A stretch of DNA of 38,057 nucleotides from Minisyncoccota bacterium (GCA_028712605.1 JAQTPV010000002.1:1-38057); one strand, 5' to 3'; numbered from the stretch's first letter, positions 15,901-24,163 are shown. Notes: generated by a model not told the origin, from the letters alone. Numbers and translations: made by a program.

Positions 15901-18206
15901 ATACTTGGAGAGTAAAAAGGACCATTGAATTGTCAAAAGAGATAATTGGGTTTTTGTCGGCCGCCAAGAGCTCTTGGGAACAATTAAGAAGCGCCTATTA
16001 TGATTTGAAAGGTAATGCTTCAATTAAAAATTTAACAAATGCGTGGGGTGTTTTGTTTGAGGGGGACAACAAAATGGATATTATTGAGAGAGTGGAAAAG
16101 ACAGTTGGTAAAGGATATGTATGCAATGCAGGGGCGGAGGGATTTTTGCCGAAAATTAAGTGTTTTGAGGAGAAAATCGGCAAAAAGTTTGGCCAGGAAA
16201 GCAATGGCGATCCCGATGGGCTTTACGAATTTTTTGTGAAAATATCTAAAATTGAAGACATGTTGTTTAATTTGGACGGGCCCACAGTTACGATTAAAGA
16301 TAAGGTTTATACTTCAATTAAAAATTTAGTTTACGGTTTAGAACCAATGATTGATATGGATAAAAAAACAAACGACAGCGATTATCTAAGTAAACTAGCC
16401 GACAATCCGATTTCTTACTTGGACGAATCTTTTACGAAAATTGATTCTCAAGTCAAGCAAAATGAGGGTTGGCTTGGAGATGCTATGCAAGGATTAAATA
16501 GCTTCTTTCACGATGCTTACCAGGAGTCGGTTAAACTGGTTGGGGAGCAGACAGCCACCTTAAACCGCTTGGTGTTTGGAGAGGATAATTTAAGGCAGGC
16601 CTGTAATGGTTTAGATGTTGTGCTTCAGCAGAACCCCGAGGATTTTAAAGCAGCTTGCTTAGCTGTTAAAACAAATTTAACAAGCGACAGCAAGTTAAAT
16701 GGGCTATGCACTAACTTCTCTGTATTTGGGGCCAGCCTCGGCAGTAAAACTGAATTGGTTAACGAGATCAGCAAATTAAATAAACAATGGAATAGCCCGC
16801 CAGAATCCGATCCTAAGAAGAAGCCCTGTAAGGACGTAGACGGTAGCGATGCCAGATGGCCTGGATGTCAAATAGTTAAGATGAAGAGAGATAATTTAGA
16901 GAGTATAAAATGTTTAAAATGTCAGTGTTCGGACAATGGTTGCGAATGCTCTAACTCCGAAACCAATTGCAAGAATCTAAGTGATGAGGAGTATGCTAAT
17001 TTTGGCAGGCAATGCAGTTATCTGCAAAATCAGAAAGAAACGGAGAAAGCTTGTGGGCAATTTGGAATTTTGTCAGCCGCCCTGCAGAACAAATGTTCTG
17101 ATATCAACACCCTCTTTAGCAGTTTTTGTGCTGACCAGGCTTGCTCTGACAACGAAGGCTGCATTAAATACTGTAAAGATAAAATAAAGGTGGGCGATCA
17201 AGAAATTAACGGTTCCGGAAGATGCAATAATTTAAAAGATAGCATTGATAAGATTTGCGATAAGGGCTATCAGGCTGGTTGCCCCGACTCGGGCCTGCCT
17301 AATTTATTGCAAGACGACCAGGCTGTTTTGAGGGACAAATTAAAAAATGTTTGTTCAACCAAAATCACAGACGTCAAAAGCAATTTGGATAAGGTCATGC
17401 GGGCCTTCTCCATCGTTATTGGCATTAAGTCTTTTACGGCCATAGCCCAGCCGGATATAAAGCTTTCGTGGAAAAAAGGGGTTGAGTTTAACGGCTTTCA
17501 GGGGCCCAAAGACTTATGGGCTGACACTAAGAAAACTATTGAGGAGGCCTATAATTTAAAAGACTCTCTTTTAAATATTAAAAAAGACCTCAAGAATGCT
17601 TACAGCTCAAAAATGCCAGATGACGCCTTGGATGCTAAGGGGGGATTTAAATTTGACCCTCCCACTTGCGAAAAAGAGCCGGCCAATAGCTATTCAGCCA
17701 TAACCAAGGTCACTAAAACGGGGCCGAACGGAGGGCCTGTTTGTCCGGATGCTGACGAATACTTCCAGCTTTTGGATGCTCATTTTTCGCAAATTAGACA
17801 GCACCTCTATCAGATTGATTTAGAGCAAAAAAATATGAGGCGGTTAAAGTTGGGGCCTTTAAGTTTGGACATTATCAGAACAGCCCCCAATGTTTTTCCT
17901 TCGGTGAGCGAAGTATATAATACAGCCTCGGACTTAAAACAAAAGGCTCAATTGCTTTGGGCTATGGGGAACGCTGTTGATTTTGCTCAAAAAAATTGCA
18001 CTTGCGGGCAAAGTGTTTGTGATATCTGCCTTTATGAGAAAGACAACGGTGCCGGGAAGAAGGTTTGTTGGGCCCCCTTATGTGTTTCTGGGGTGCCATT
18101 GACGCCAACTCCCTTCACACAGCCCTTTTGTTATGTGGCCTATATAATGAGGGAGCCGATGAAATCAATGGCCGAATCTTTGGAAAATCAATTGCTTGGT
18201 AAATGA
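12921..18206 (+). CDS. Giant (1761 aa) secreted cysteine-rich protein, unknown function
   Basis: The ORF starts 2 nt after the previous stop. Signal peptide is KKVISLVVGLSVLLEILLPLQEARAG. I hand-counted about 80 Cys, in ladders and CX3C pairs. No recognisable catalytic motif. Confidence 0.75.
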   Translation: MIGFKRQKLKKVISLVVGLSVLLEILLPLQEARAGWFEDLMGKFTKALPLPDNLDYENNGNITFGTWFKFCPFTTSAACNDPDCVKADKCENDNGCKNQITCKNSEIRFCSKGGVCACAGCNDEENFEVKLNGTSEIDGQKVSNYICKNKKKPSETACPIINESLECAKRNKFPPVTLPNGQADTECYKCSNVLNAIQTSDSSHKTVIFDETTQSYKLPNYILPAECELKMLAGPTGETESKKEERLAKARSCLELEQLQREAGQAVFSAKKLYNATDPFSSCQFLGTCKTSCFLKFGEMSYTITLVDVLKSITPTGYLLWAQRIYSIVKVIQKAKSLVDTAKSFYKAVDTLVNKLEELVYNTKALYDSFKKIGLKWSDPGSGLVGIIDDFASGLENFGIAKSESLSTIDVIGQNLRNNIKADLMTKDSVSFLFSDNQNRAKLNEALTPLFLSLKSTNTILDEVIKNTLTVPSRQYKQQECSGNPPGPMNLGDQCLNCFTCRTYDAYQLQPSTGYALYSDRCKNLHSEYPHFCPVVKRSINDYAGWDYICNPLFNPNTEEDIKSRYEAYFQAGNVVKLQNLTDEGKELVLERHAGEPDPDYQSEVVPIKVPYNYQINPPQDEVFCSIPSRIKPRFQTTGPAQAGDTRNWFEIYQTAAGKIMRLKNGLANIVSDIKDYNSGPFRFTGSLAVINNNIYSSQKLIYDIKNEIRVLDLTNLKLKGDFDNRCKNKTKDCAKYPCSIEEQACFGTPYWQEYGWYEATFPSGNPIPKDACLNSWQAVYGPDAKKNGYQSDLMQVDWETQIENLSASVINLEQMMNGLPSCLSAPCLSPNDAAIIFWLNGAKNNVGSLTNTFISGLKKEICPAGAYNDCLDYCNGDNYKKTYSSCRTACSGFSPASGAVNACRDYCKDRCDGSSSCSVSRCKTACGRGDDACPQDPFAKYNLEANLKSFLDSIAAISDRFLTIQNVWNQQSPGSPPQPDGRPRAELDVAETYTWRVKRTIELSKEIIGFLSAAKSSWEQLRSAYYDLKGNASIKNLTNAWGVLFEGDNKMDIIERVEKTVGKGYVCNAGAEGFLPKIKCFEEKIGKKFGQESNGDPDGLYEFFVKISKIEDMLFNLDGPTVTIKDKVYTSIKNLVYGLEPMIDMDKKTNDSDYLSKLADNPISYLDESFTKIDSQVKQNEGWLGDAMQGLNSFFHDAYQESVKLVGEQTATLNRLVFGEDNLRQACNGLDVVLQQNPEDFKAACLAVKTNLTSDSKLNGLCTNFSVFGASLGSKTELVNEISKLNKQWNSPPESDPKKKPCKDVDGSDARWPGCQIVKMKRDNLESIKCLKCQCSDNGCECSNSETNCKNLSDEEYANFGRQCSYLQNQKETEKACGQFGILSAALQNKCSDINTLFSSFCADQACSDNEGCIKYCKDKIKVGDQEINGSGRCNNLKDSIDKICDKGYQAGCPDSGLPNLLQDDQAVLRDKLKNVCSTKITDVKSNLDKVMRAFSIVIGIKSFTAIAQPDIKLSWKKGVEFNGFQGPKDLWADTKKTIEEAYNLKDSLLNIKKDLKNAYSSKMPDDALDAKGGFKFDPPTCEKEPANSYSAITKVTKTGPNGGPVCPDADEYFQLLDAHFSQIRQHLYQIDLEQKNMRRLKLGPLSLDIIRTAPNVFPSVSEVYNTASDLKQKAQLLWAMGNAVDFAQKNCTCGQSVCDICLYEKDNGAGKKVCWAPLCVSGVPLTPTPFTQPFCYVAYIMREPMKSMAESLENQLLGK

Positions 18207-18231
18207 TTAAAAAATCAAGTACAATAAACTT

Positions 18232-20127
18232 ATGTTAGGGATAGACTGGAGACAAAATACAACCTTAGTTTTATTCTGTATCGTGGCTGTTTTGGCTGCA
18301 GCTTTAATTTATTTGTTACCGAGATTACCAAGGGAATCAAGGGCTCAAGCCCAAAGCTTTACCGATATTACCCCTGATTTATCTGGGGATATTGTCTGCG
18401 ATGAGGTTATACCTATCGGCAGTGCTTTTGATCACACCAAGGCTCTGATGGACGATATCTACCAAGAATACAAGAACGCTCAATCACAGCTAGACTTATC
18501 TGTGGCTAATCTGACTTCTCAAATTGCTTCCTTAACTTCTCCGAGCGACGCTAAGCAGGTGTGTGACTTTAGTGCTTGTAACCCGCCGGTTGACCCGGTC
18601 ACCAAGCAGGTCAGAAATCCGGGGGCTCCTTTGGCCCTTAATTTTAACAGTATGTTTGCTGGCAATTTTAACCTGCTTAGTTGGACGATACCATCTTGTG
18701 CTCAAACCCAATGCGTGGGTAGTCCGTGTGCTGATCTAACCTTACGGATTGAGGAGCTTAAGAATTTAAAAGAAACATTCCAGAAGATGCAGGAAAGGGT
18801 GCACAGCGCCCTTTATGAGAAAGTTGAACCAATTGGCTATGACTATTTGAGCTCCAATGGCAGAGAAAAGGCCACGGATAAAATCACAAGGCCCGATAAG
18901 ATAGAAAGAGAAATTGAACTTGCCAGGGGCTGGCTAACTCCAGCCATCGGGCAAAGAAGGTCGTGCGCCATGACCGCGATTGATCAAAAAAGAGCTGATG
19001 ATGGGGAAGGAGGAATGTGGGGGCCTGCCTTGTGCAGAGAGGCTCGAGAGAGCAATATGTACTGGCCAAGGCCTTGGTCTGAAAAGTGTGATCAAAAGTG
19101 CACTGACGACGCTAATCCAAGCAAGGAGTGTAAGGACTGCCTGGCTGACAGCCAGAGCAAGGGCGGAACTTTTAGTGGTATACCTAATTTAGATTTTTTC
19201 AAGGGCTCCATGTCATTTTTGGCCACTATCAACTACCAGATTTATGGGATGTGTCCTAATGTATGTAAAAATGAGCTTGATGAAAAATGTGTTGATTGCT
19301 TGTGCAAAGTCGGAACCCGCAAAAATGATTATACCCAAGAGGAATGCTTAGCTTGGCTTTGCGGAGGGAGCGCTGATAACTGGGTTTGTTGTCGTGAAAC
19401 TGGTGTTTCCAGATGGCAGACCCCTAATGATTTTGCGAATATGGAGTTCTATTTTCCAACCTTAACTGGTACGATGAGAGAAAGGGCGAGAGATGTTTAT
19501 AAAATAATAAATGAAATTAAAGCCGCGAACCCAACCGTCAGCATTGTTAATTTGGATGCAGCCTTTACTTTAGGGATTATCGCGAAGGAAACAAGGATAT
19601 CAGAGTATCTCGGGGTCACCTTGTCTGAAGTGAAAAGCATAAAAAATAAGGACCGAGAAGCGCTCACAACTATCACGAAAGAACTTAATTTGGATATGGA
19701 CAAAGTTTTAATATCCAGAGGTACCGACACGCAAAGCGGGGGAGCAATGGGCCCCATGCAGATAATGCCAAGCACCTGGCTGGATGTCAGGCAGCAAGCC
19801 AGTGATGCTAAGCTCACCGTTTTGAATCCCTGGGTTTTAAAGGATTCGTTAATGGGGGCTATGCTATACTTAGTAAAGCCATGTGGCGCTCTTGATAATG
19901 AAGAAACAGCAGCTAAAAAATACTTTAAGGGGCCGTATAGTAAGGACTTAGACGCCGCCGATGCTAAAGAGTATGGCGGGTCTGTGATGGCCTACCGAAA
20001 ATGTTTTGCTAAAATTATTGATTTAGGATGTTTTGAAGATGAAGATAAGCAAAATGCTGATACAAAGAAAATATGCAACGACGCTTCTTTGAAAGAAATT
20101 GATGAGTGTAAGGGTATAGTTAAATAG
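18232..20127 (+). CDS. Membrane-anchored Cys-rich protein with C-terminal SLT-like lytic transglycosylase domain (VirB1 analogue)
   Basis: N-terminal TM is TTLVLFCIVAVLAAALIYLL. The Cys-rich middle contains KCDQKCTDDANPSKECKDC and MCPNVCKNELDEKCVDCLC. The C-terminus has GIIAKETRISE (catalytic Glu context) and GGAMGPMQIMPSTW, resembling the GH23/SLT E-S ... GLMQ ... motifs. Confidence 0.6.
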   Translation: MLGIDWRQNTTLVLFCIVAVLAAALIYLLPRLPRESRAQAQSFTDITPDLSGDIVCDEVIPIGSAFDHTKALMDDIYQEYKNAQSQLDLSVANLTSQIASLTSPSDAKQVCDFSACNPPVDPVTKQVRNPGAPLALNFNSMFAGNFNLLSWTIPSCAQTQCVGSPCADLTLRIEELKNLKETFQKMQERVHSALYEKVEPIGYDYLSSNGREKATDKITRPDKIEREIELARGWLTPAIGQRRSCAMTAIDQKRADDGEGGMWGPALCREARESNMYWPRPWSEKCDQKCTDDANPSKECKDCLADSQSKGGTFSGIPNLDFFKGSMSFLATINYQIYGMCPNVCKNELDEKCVDCLCKVGTRKNDYTQEECLAWLCGGSADNWVCCRETGVSRWQTPNDFANMEFYFPTLTGTMRERARDVYKIINEIKAANPTVSIVNLDAAFTLGIIAKETRISEYLGVTLSEVKSIKNKDREALTTITKELNLDMDKVLISRGTDTQSGGAMGPMQIMPSTWLDVRQQASDAKLTVLNPWVLKDSLMGAMLYLVKPCGALDNEETAAKKYFKGPYSKDLDAADAKEYGGSVMAYRKCFAKIIDLGCFEDEDKQNADTKKICNDASLKEIDECKGIVK

Positions 20128-20139
20128 TATCTAAAAAAT

Positions 20140-22302
20140 ATGAAATTTAAAAAAAATGATTATCAAAAAGGGTTGTTCTTACTATTCTTTTTACTTTTCA
20201 TTCCCACCCTATCTTTTGGTCAGTTAAATGTTGAGGGTAATTATCCTGATGTGTTGAATATCTCTATCACTAAGGCCAGCCCTCTGGGCGAGGTGGTTAA
20301 ATATATAATTGGTTGGGCACTTATCGCTGCTGGCGTAGTGGTTTTATTATCTTTAATTGGAGCAGGAGTGCTATATCTAACTTCAGCCGGCGATACAGGC
20401 AGAATGGGCATGGCTAGACAGCGCATTGTTAGTTCAGCTCTTGGCCTGGTTATTCTCTTTAGTTCCTATGTGGTATTTAAAATTGTAGATCCCAAAATCA
20501 ATATTGTGGATATTGAAACCAAGCCAGTGGCCTCGGGGATATTTCTCTTCAAGGATGATGGCGACCAGAGTTTTCAGAAGTTTTTAGACGGGAAAATAAA
20601 TATTAGCGCGATGGTTAAATTAGGTAAGGCCTATTATATTACCAATGATATCCCAGATATGAATAAGGAATTTGGCGATTTCTTAGTGGCAGAAGGTGAA
20701 ACAAAACCAGACCCTTCTGACTCGTCCAAGGTGATTATTTCTGATCCAGCTAAAGCCAGGCTAAATTTTAAGGATTTTTCTATAGTTGGTATTGGTTTTT
20801 GGGGCGACTATGGCCAAAGGATGAAGGTAGTTACCTATGACTTATCTAACTTCAGTTATAGCAACAATAATAAGAAGGAATATACTTATACCTCTGCTAG
20901 CAAGAATGTCGGCGATATCAAAATCGTTGATCTAAGGGAGAACGGTTTTAAAGATAATTTTTTCAATACCGAAGTTTCGCCCAACAGAGAGGTCAAGTGT
21001 TATAATAGTGACGAAAAGAGGGTTAGCAATTGTTCCGGTATCGGAAAGGTAGTTTTGCATCCGCCATTATCGTTATCCTTAAACGGTAATGGCCCCGGTG
21101 TTTATCTGTATTCAGCTAGAAAGGAAGGCGATAGCAACCTGCCGGATCGGGAAAAATACTTCTTTTCTTCAGCTGAAGACTTTACGGCGAGCAATATTGA
21201 TTTTGACGATAAGGCACAATTTATTGCTATTAAAAACAAAAAAGACACTGATGCCACTGATACCAATGATTACTTGGCTATTTTGCATGAAGATAAAGAC
21301 TACACTGGCCAATTAAAAATCTTTTTTGATGGAAGAAAATCAAGAACAAGGCTCGCTTGTAATAAGGAGTGTCAAGAATCTCTTAATAAACTTGATAGCA
21401 AAAATACTAAGGAAATAGACCAGAAGCCCGTATCGGTTGCTGGCATGACATTCCCATTTGAATTTAAACAACCGCAGCCTTTTAATCTTTGGAGCGCTAT
21501 GGCTGCAAAAAATATAGGTACGGCGCAAGAACGATATAAAGCAAGCTCGCTTACATCGCATCCTTTATATAATATTTTAGGGAGAGTTGAACAGCCCTCA
21601 TCATTGCAGGTTTTTGAATTATCATCCGAAGAAGGTGTTTGCAAAAAGGTTAGACTTTGCACAGAAAAAAATTTCTTAGGCGGCTGTGTTGAATATACAT
21701 ATGATAATCAACATACTGCTGGCGTGGCCGAAAACGTGCAAGAGAAATGGCTACCTATTTATAAGCCGGAAAATTTAATTGAGAAAATTCCAGTGGAGAT
21801 TTCACAAGGCAATGATAAATCAACGAAAGAACTTAAGATAGATAATAATATCAGATCTATGCAAATAGATGGTGATTGTGCAGTGGTGCTTTTTGAAAAT
21901 CCGATAGTAGATGATAAGGGCAAAAGACAAGTGGTGTCTTTAGGAACAATAGCAGCTGCCAGCGCAGCAGGGGTTCTTATAGGAGGCGCAGTAGGAGCCT
22001 TGTATACTTTTGACGCTTTAGTTGTATCTATGGCAGTGGATGAATGGAAATTGGCTCTTGGCAAAGGAGATCCAGAAGATCAAGCTGAATATGATCAAAA
22101 CCTGGGCAATGTTAAATTAGCAAACAATTGGGATTTTCAAGGCAAAAGCCCCGGTTCTCATTCAGAAGTGTTTACTGCAAGCGACAGCGACTTAACTGAT
22201 AATGAAATTGGAAAATGCGGGGTTTTGGAAAGAATAGGATTTAAAACAGCCGTATCTTGTGCTTCTGCTATTGCTATCTATCCCATTAAGGTCTTAAGGT
22301 AA
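20140..22302 (+). CDS. 720-aa protein: second VirB2/TrbC-like pilin hairpin fused to a beta-rich ectodomain with a C-proximal hydrophobic segment
   Basis: Signal peptide LFLLFFLLFIPTLSFGQ, then IIGWALIAAGVVVLLSLIGAGVLYLTSAGDTGRMGMARQRIVSSALGLVILFSSYVVFKIVDP, which is paralogous to the N-terminus of the 2075-aa protein. There is a Gly/Ala-rich hydrophobic stretch, LGTIAAASAAGVLIGGAVGALYTF, near residue 600. Confidence 0.7.
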   Translation: MKFKKNDYQKGLFLLFFLLFIPTLSFGQLNVEGNYPDVLNISITKASPLGEVVKYIIGWALIAAGVVVLLSLIGAGVLYLTSAGDTGRMGMARQRIVSSALGLVILFSSYVVFKIVDPKINIVDIETKPVASGIFLFKDDGDQSFQKFLDGKINISAMVKLGKAYYITNDIPDMNKEFGDFLVAEGETKPDPSDSSKVIISDPAKARLNFKDFSIVGIGFWGDYGQRMKVVTYDLSNFSYSNNNKKEYTYTSASKNVGDIKIVDLRENGFKDNFFNTEVSPNREVKCYNSDEKRVSNCSGIGKVVLHPPLSLSLNGNGPGVYLYSARKEGDSNLPDREKYFFSSAEDFTASNIDFDDKAQFIAIKNKKDTDATDTNDYLAILHEDKDYTGQLKIFFDGRKSRTRLACNKECQESLNKLDSKNTKEIDQKPVSVAGMTFPFEFKQPQPFNLWSAMAAKNIGTAQERYKASSLTSHPLYNILGRVEQPSSLQVFELSSEEGVCKKVRLCTEKNFLGGCVEYTYDNQHTAGVAENVQEKWLPIYKPENLIEKIPVEISQGNDKSTKELKIDNNIRSMQIDGDCAVVLFENPIVDDKGKRQVVSLGTIAAASAAGVLIGGAVGALYTFDALVVSMAVDEWKLALGKGDPEDQAEYDQNLGNVKLANNWDFQGKSPGSHSEVFTASDSDLTDNEIGKCGVLERIGFKTAVSCASAIAIYPIKVLR

Positions 22303-22323
22303 TTTGGAATTGTTTTCTAATCT

Positions 22324-22353
22324 AAAAACCTCGCTAAGCTTAGCGAGGTTTTT
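22324..22353. terminator. Bidirectional rho-independent terminator closing the T4SS-like block
   Basis: AAAAA-CCTCGCTAAGCTTAGCGAGG-TTTTT is a perfect 20-nt palindrome flanked by an A5 and a T5 run. It lies between convergent genes ending at 22302 and 22381. Confidence 0.85.
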
Positions 22354-22380
22354 AGATGAAATCATTGATAGTTAACAAGC

Positions 22381-22854
22381 TTATTTTACTGGCTCGCGGT
22401 AGGTATCACCACTAGAGGCTGACGGCATTGCGGTTGTTGTTACGCCTTGTCCTGCAGTAGATGGCATGATTGCCTCTCGCGGTTGATTAGTTATGGCTCG
22501 TTTCATGATTTTAGCATCAGGCGTGAATTGGATATTTGGATAAAGGGGAGAAAGATATTCTTTGAGTGGGTGAAAAAAATTTACTATAAGCTCTTGAGCT
22601 AAGGCTTCAGCCTTTTCTTGGCTTATTGTTGCCTCTTGCGTTAAGTCGTAGGCTAAAGTATCAGGGGATAACACGCCTATTAAAACATAGCCCACTAAAC
22701 TAGCTAAAGTTGGGTAATCTGTTTCGTCTAACTCATATTTGGCTGCCAAGTCTGCTATCATCTTACTTGTTTTTTCTGACACAATTACTGTTTTTAACTC
22801 CTGTGGTAAAGCCTCAAATAAATCCAATAATTCTTTTTGATTGTAGTCGTCCAT
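22381..22854 (-). CDS. Hypothetical protein (157 aa), helical N-terminal domain and low-complexity tail
   Basis: ORF with its own near-consensus promoter and a terminator. No recognisable motif. Confidence 0.55.
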   Translation of the reverse strand: MDDYNQKELLDLFEALPQELKTVIVSEKTSKMIADLAAKYELDETDYPTLASLVGYVLIGVLSPDTLAYDLTQEATISQEKAEALAQELIVNFFHPLKEYLSPLYPNIQFTPDAKIMKRAITNQPREAIMPSTAGQGVTTTAMPSASSGDTYREPVK

Positions 22855-22875
22855 ATTTATTAGAAGTTCACCTTT

Positions 22876-22903
22876 ATTGTATCAATTTGTAGAGTAGTGT
22901 CAA
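22876..22903 (-). promoter_or_regulatory. Near-consensus sigma70-type promoter for the 157-aa gene
   Basis: On the minus strand: TTGACA (22903-22898), 16-nt spacer, TACAAT (22881-22876), 21 nt upstream of the ATG at 22854. Confidence 0.55.
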
Positions 22904-22906
22904 AGG

Positions 22907-22935
22907 TTGACAGGCTACGTCAGATATGCTATAAT
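22907..22935 (+). promoter_or_regulatory. Perfect-consensus sigma70-type promoter facing the SPFH-like gene
   Basis: TTGACA (22907-22912), exact 17-nt spacer, TATAAT (22930-22935). The predicted leader to the ATG at 23074 is about 130 nt. Confidence 0.6.
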
Positions 22936-23073
22936 ATAGGTATTAAGAATCGTATTCTCGGACACTATTTTTTAAGGTTCGGGAGCGGTTCCCGAACCTT
23001 AAAAGTTTAGAAAATTGTTTTTATTTTTTTGTTTCTAAGGCACATATTGGGCACTGCGCCCGGGAGGTTTCTG

Positions 23074-24150
23074 ATGAAAGCTGAAGTAACTGTATGGATT
23101 CTTTTGTGTCTAGCGATGCTTATTATTGGGCTTGTTATTGGTTCCCCAATCGCCAAGGTCGTATTAATTGTTCTTTCCGGGGCGTTTCTGCTTACCTTGT
23201 TTATCTGGTTTTTGTCGTCAATAAAGACGATCAAAAAACCAGATGAAGTCATAATCACTAAGTTTGGTAGGCAGCATGGCCGCAAGAAGCCGGGCCTCCG
23301 TATCATTTGGAAATGGGTGATGAGGGTGGCCAAAGAGATTAACCTACAAGTCCATGCCCTAAGCATTTTTGCTGACAAGCCGGAGATTGATTTTGCGGAC
23401 GGCATTTCTGCTAAAATTCAGAATTGTCAAATTCATGTGAAGGTCAAAGAGGATCGCGTTGAAGAGTCTTTCTATGAATATGAAGACTATGAGACGCAAT
23501 TAAAGGCTTTTGCGCAGAATCAGTTGCGCGGCGCTTTCGGGGATAAAAAGGCTCAAGAAGTGAAAAGCAACAAAAAATCTTGGGCAACTTGGATGGCCGA
23601 TGCCCTAGATGAGATTAGGAGGGCATTCCCTTTTTTGGAGATTTTGTACGTTACTATTGAGGACTTTGAATGGCCTCGAGACTTTATACAGAAGCTCCAG
23701 CAAGTAATGGCCGCTGGGATAGATATTGACGTAAAAAAACTAGGGCTGGAGATTGCTAAGTTGGATGCAAAGATTCTCCAGGAGTCCTCTGGTGACATCA
23801 TTGATGCTATGATAGAAAAATATAAGCAAAGAGGTCTCAAATTGGAGGATGCAGCCCTATTGGCTTACCAGGCTTGGGAGCATGCCACGTCGCTGAAGGC
23901 TGGCGTGCTAAATCACCAGAAGTTTGACTTCCGGGGGGGATCGTTTGATGCTGCAGCGGCATCGTATGCTTTGAACGCTTTAAGCGGTCTTGGGAGTAAA
24001 ATTGCTGCAGGGGCTACGGGTAGCGGCCCAAGCCAACAACCAACCCAACCCCCGCAGGTCCCTACTAGCGGCGCTGTTGCTACTCCCCAGCAACAGGCTA
24101 ACATAGACCGAGCTCTACGCCTAGCGAGGCAACGAGCTGGTAGAACATAG
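23074..24150 (+). CDS. SPFH/band-7-like membrane protein with Q/P-rich C-terminus
   Basis: I take ATG 23074, preceded by GGGAGG 6 nt upstream, rather than the track start at 23029. N-terminal TMs are followed by DEVIITKFGRQHGRKKPGLRIIWKWVMRVAKEINLQVHALSI, resembling the SPFH core start (rfGr...pGl.f..P). The rest is divergent. Confidence 0.55.
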   Translation: MKAEVTVWILLCLAMLIIGLVIGSPIAKVVLIVLSGAFLLTLFIWFLSSIKTIKKPDEVIITKFGRQHGRKKPGLRIIWKWVMRVAKEINLQVHALSIFADKPEIDFADGISAKIQNCQIHVKVKEDRVEESFYEYEDYETQLKAFAQNQLRGAFGDKKAQEVKSNKKSWATWMADALDEIRRAFPFLEILYVTIEDFEWPRDFIQKLQQVMAAGIDIDVKKLGLEIAKLDAKILQESSGDIIDAMIEKYKQRGLKLEDAALLAYQAWEHATSLKAGVLNHQKFDFRGGSFDAAAASYALNALSGLGSKIAAGATGSGPSQQPTQPPQVPTSGAVATPQQQANIDRALRLARQRAGRT

Positions 24151-24163
24151 GCGCTAAAAGCGC

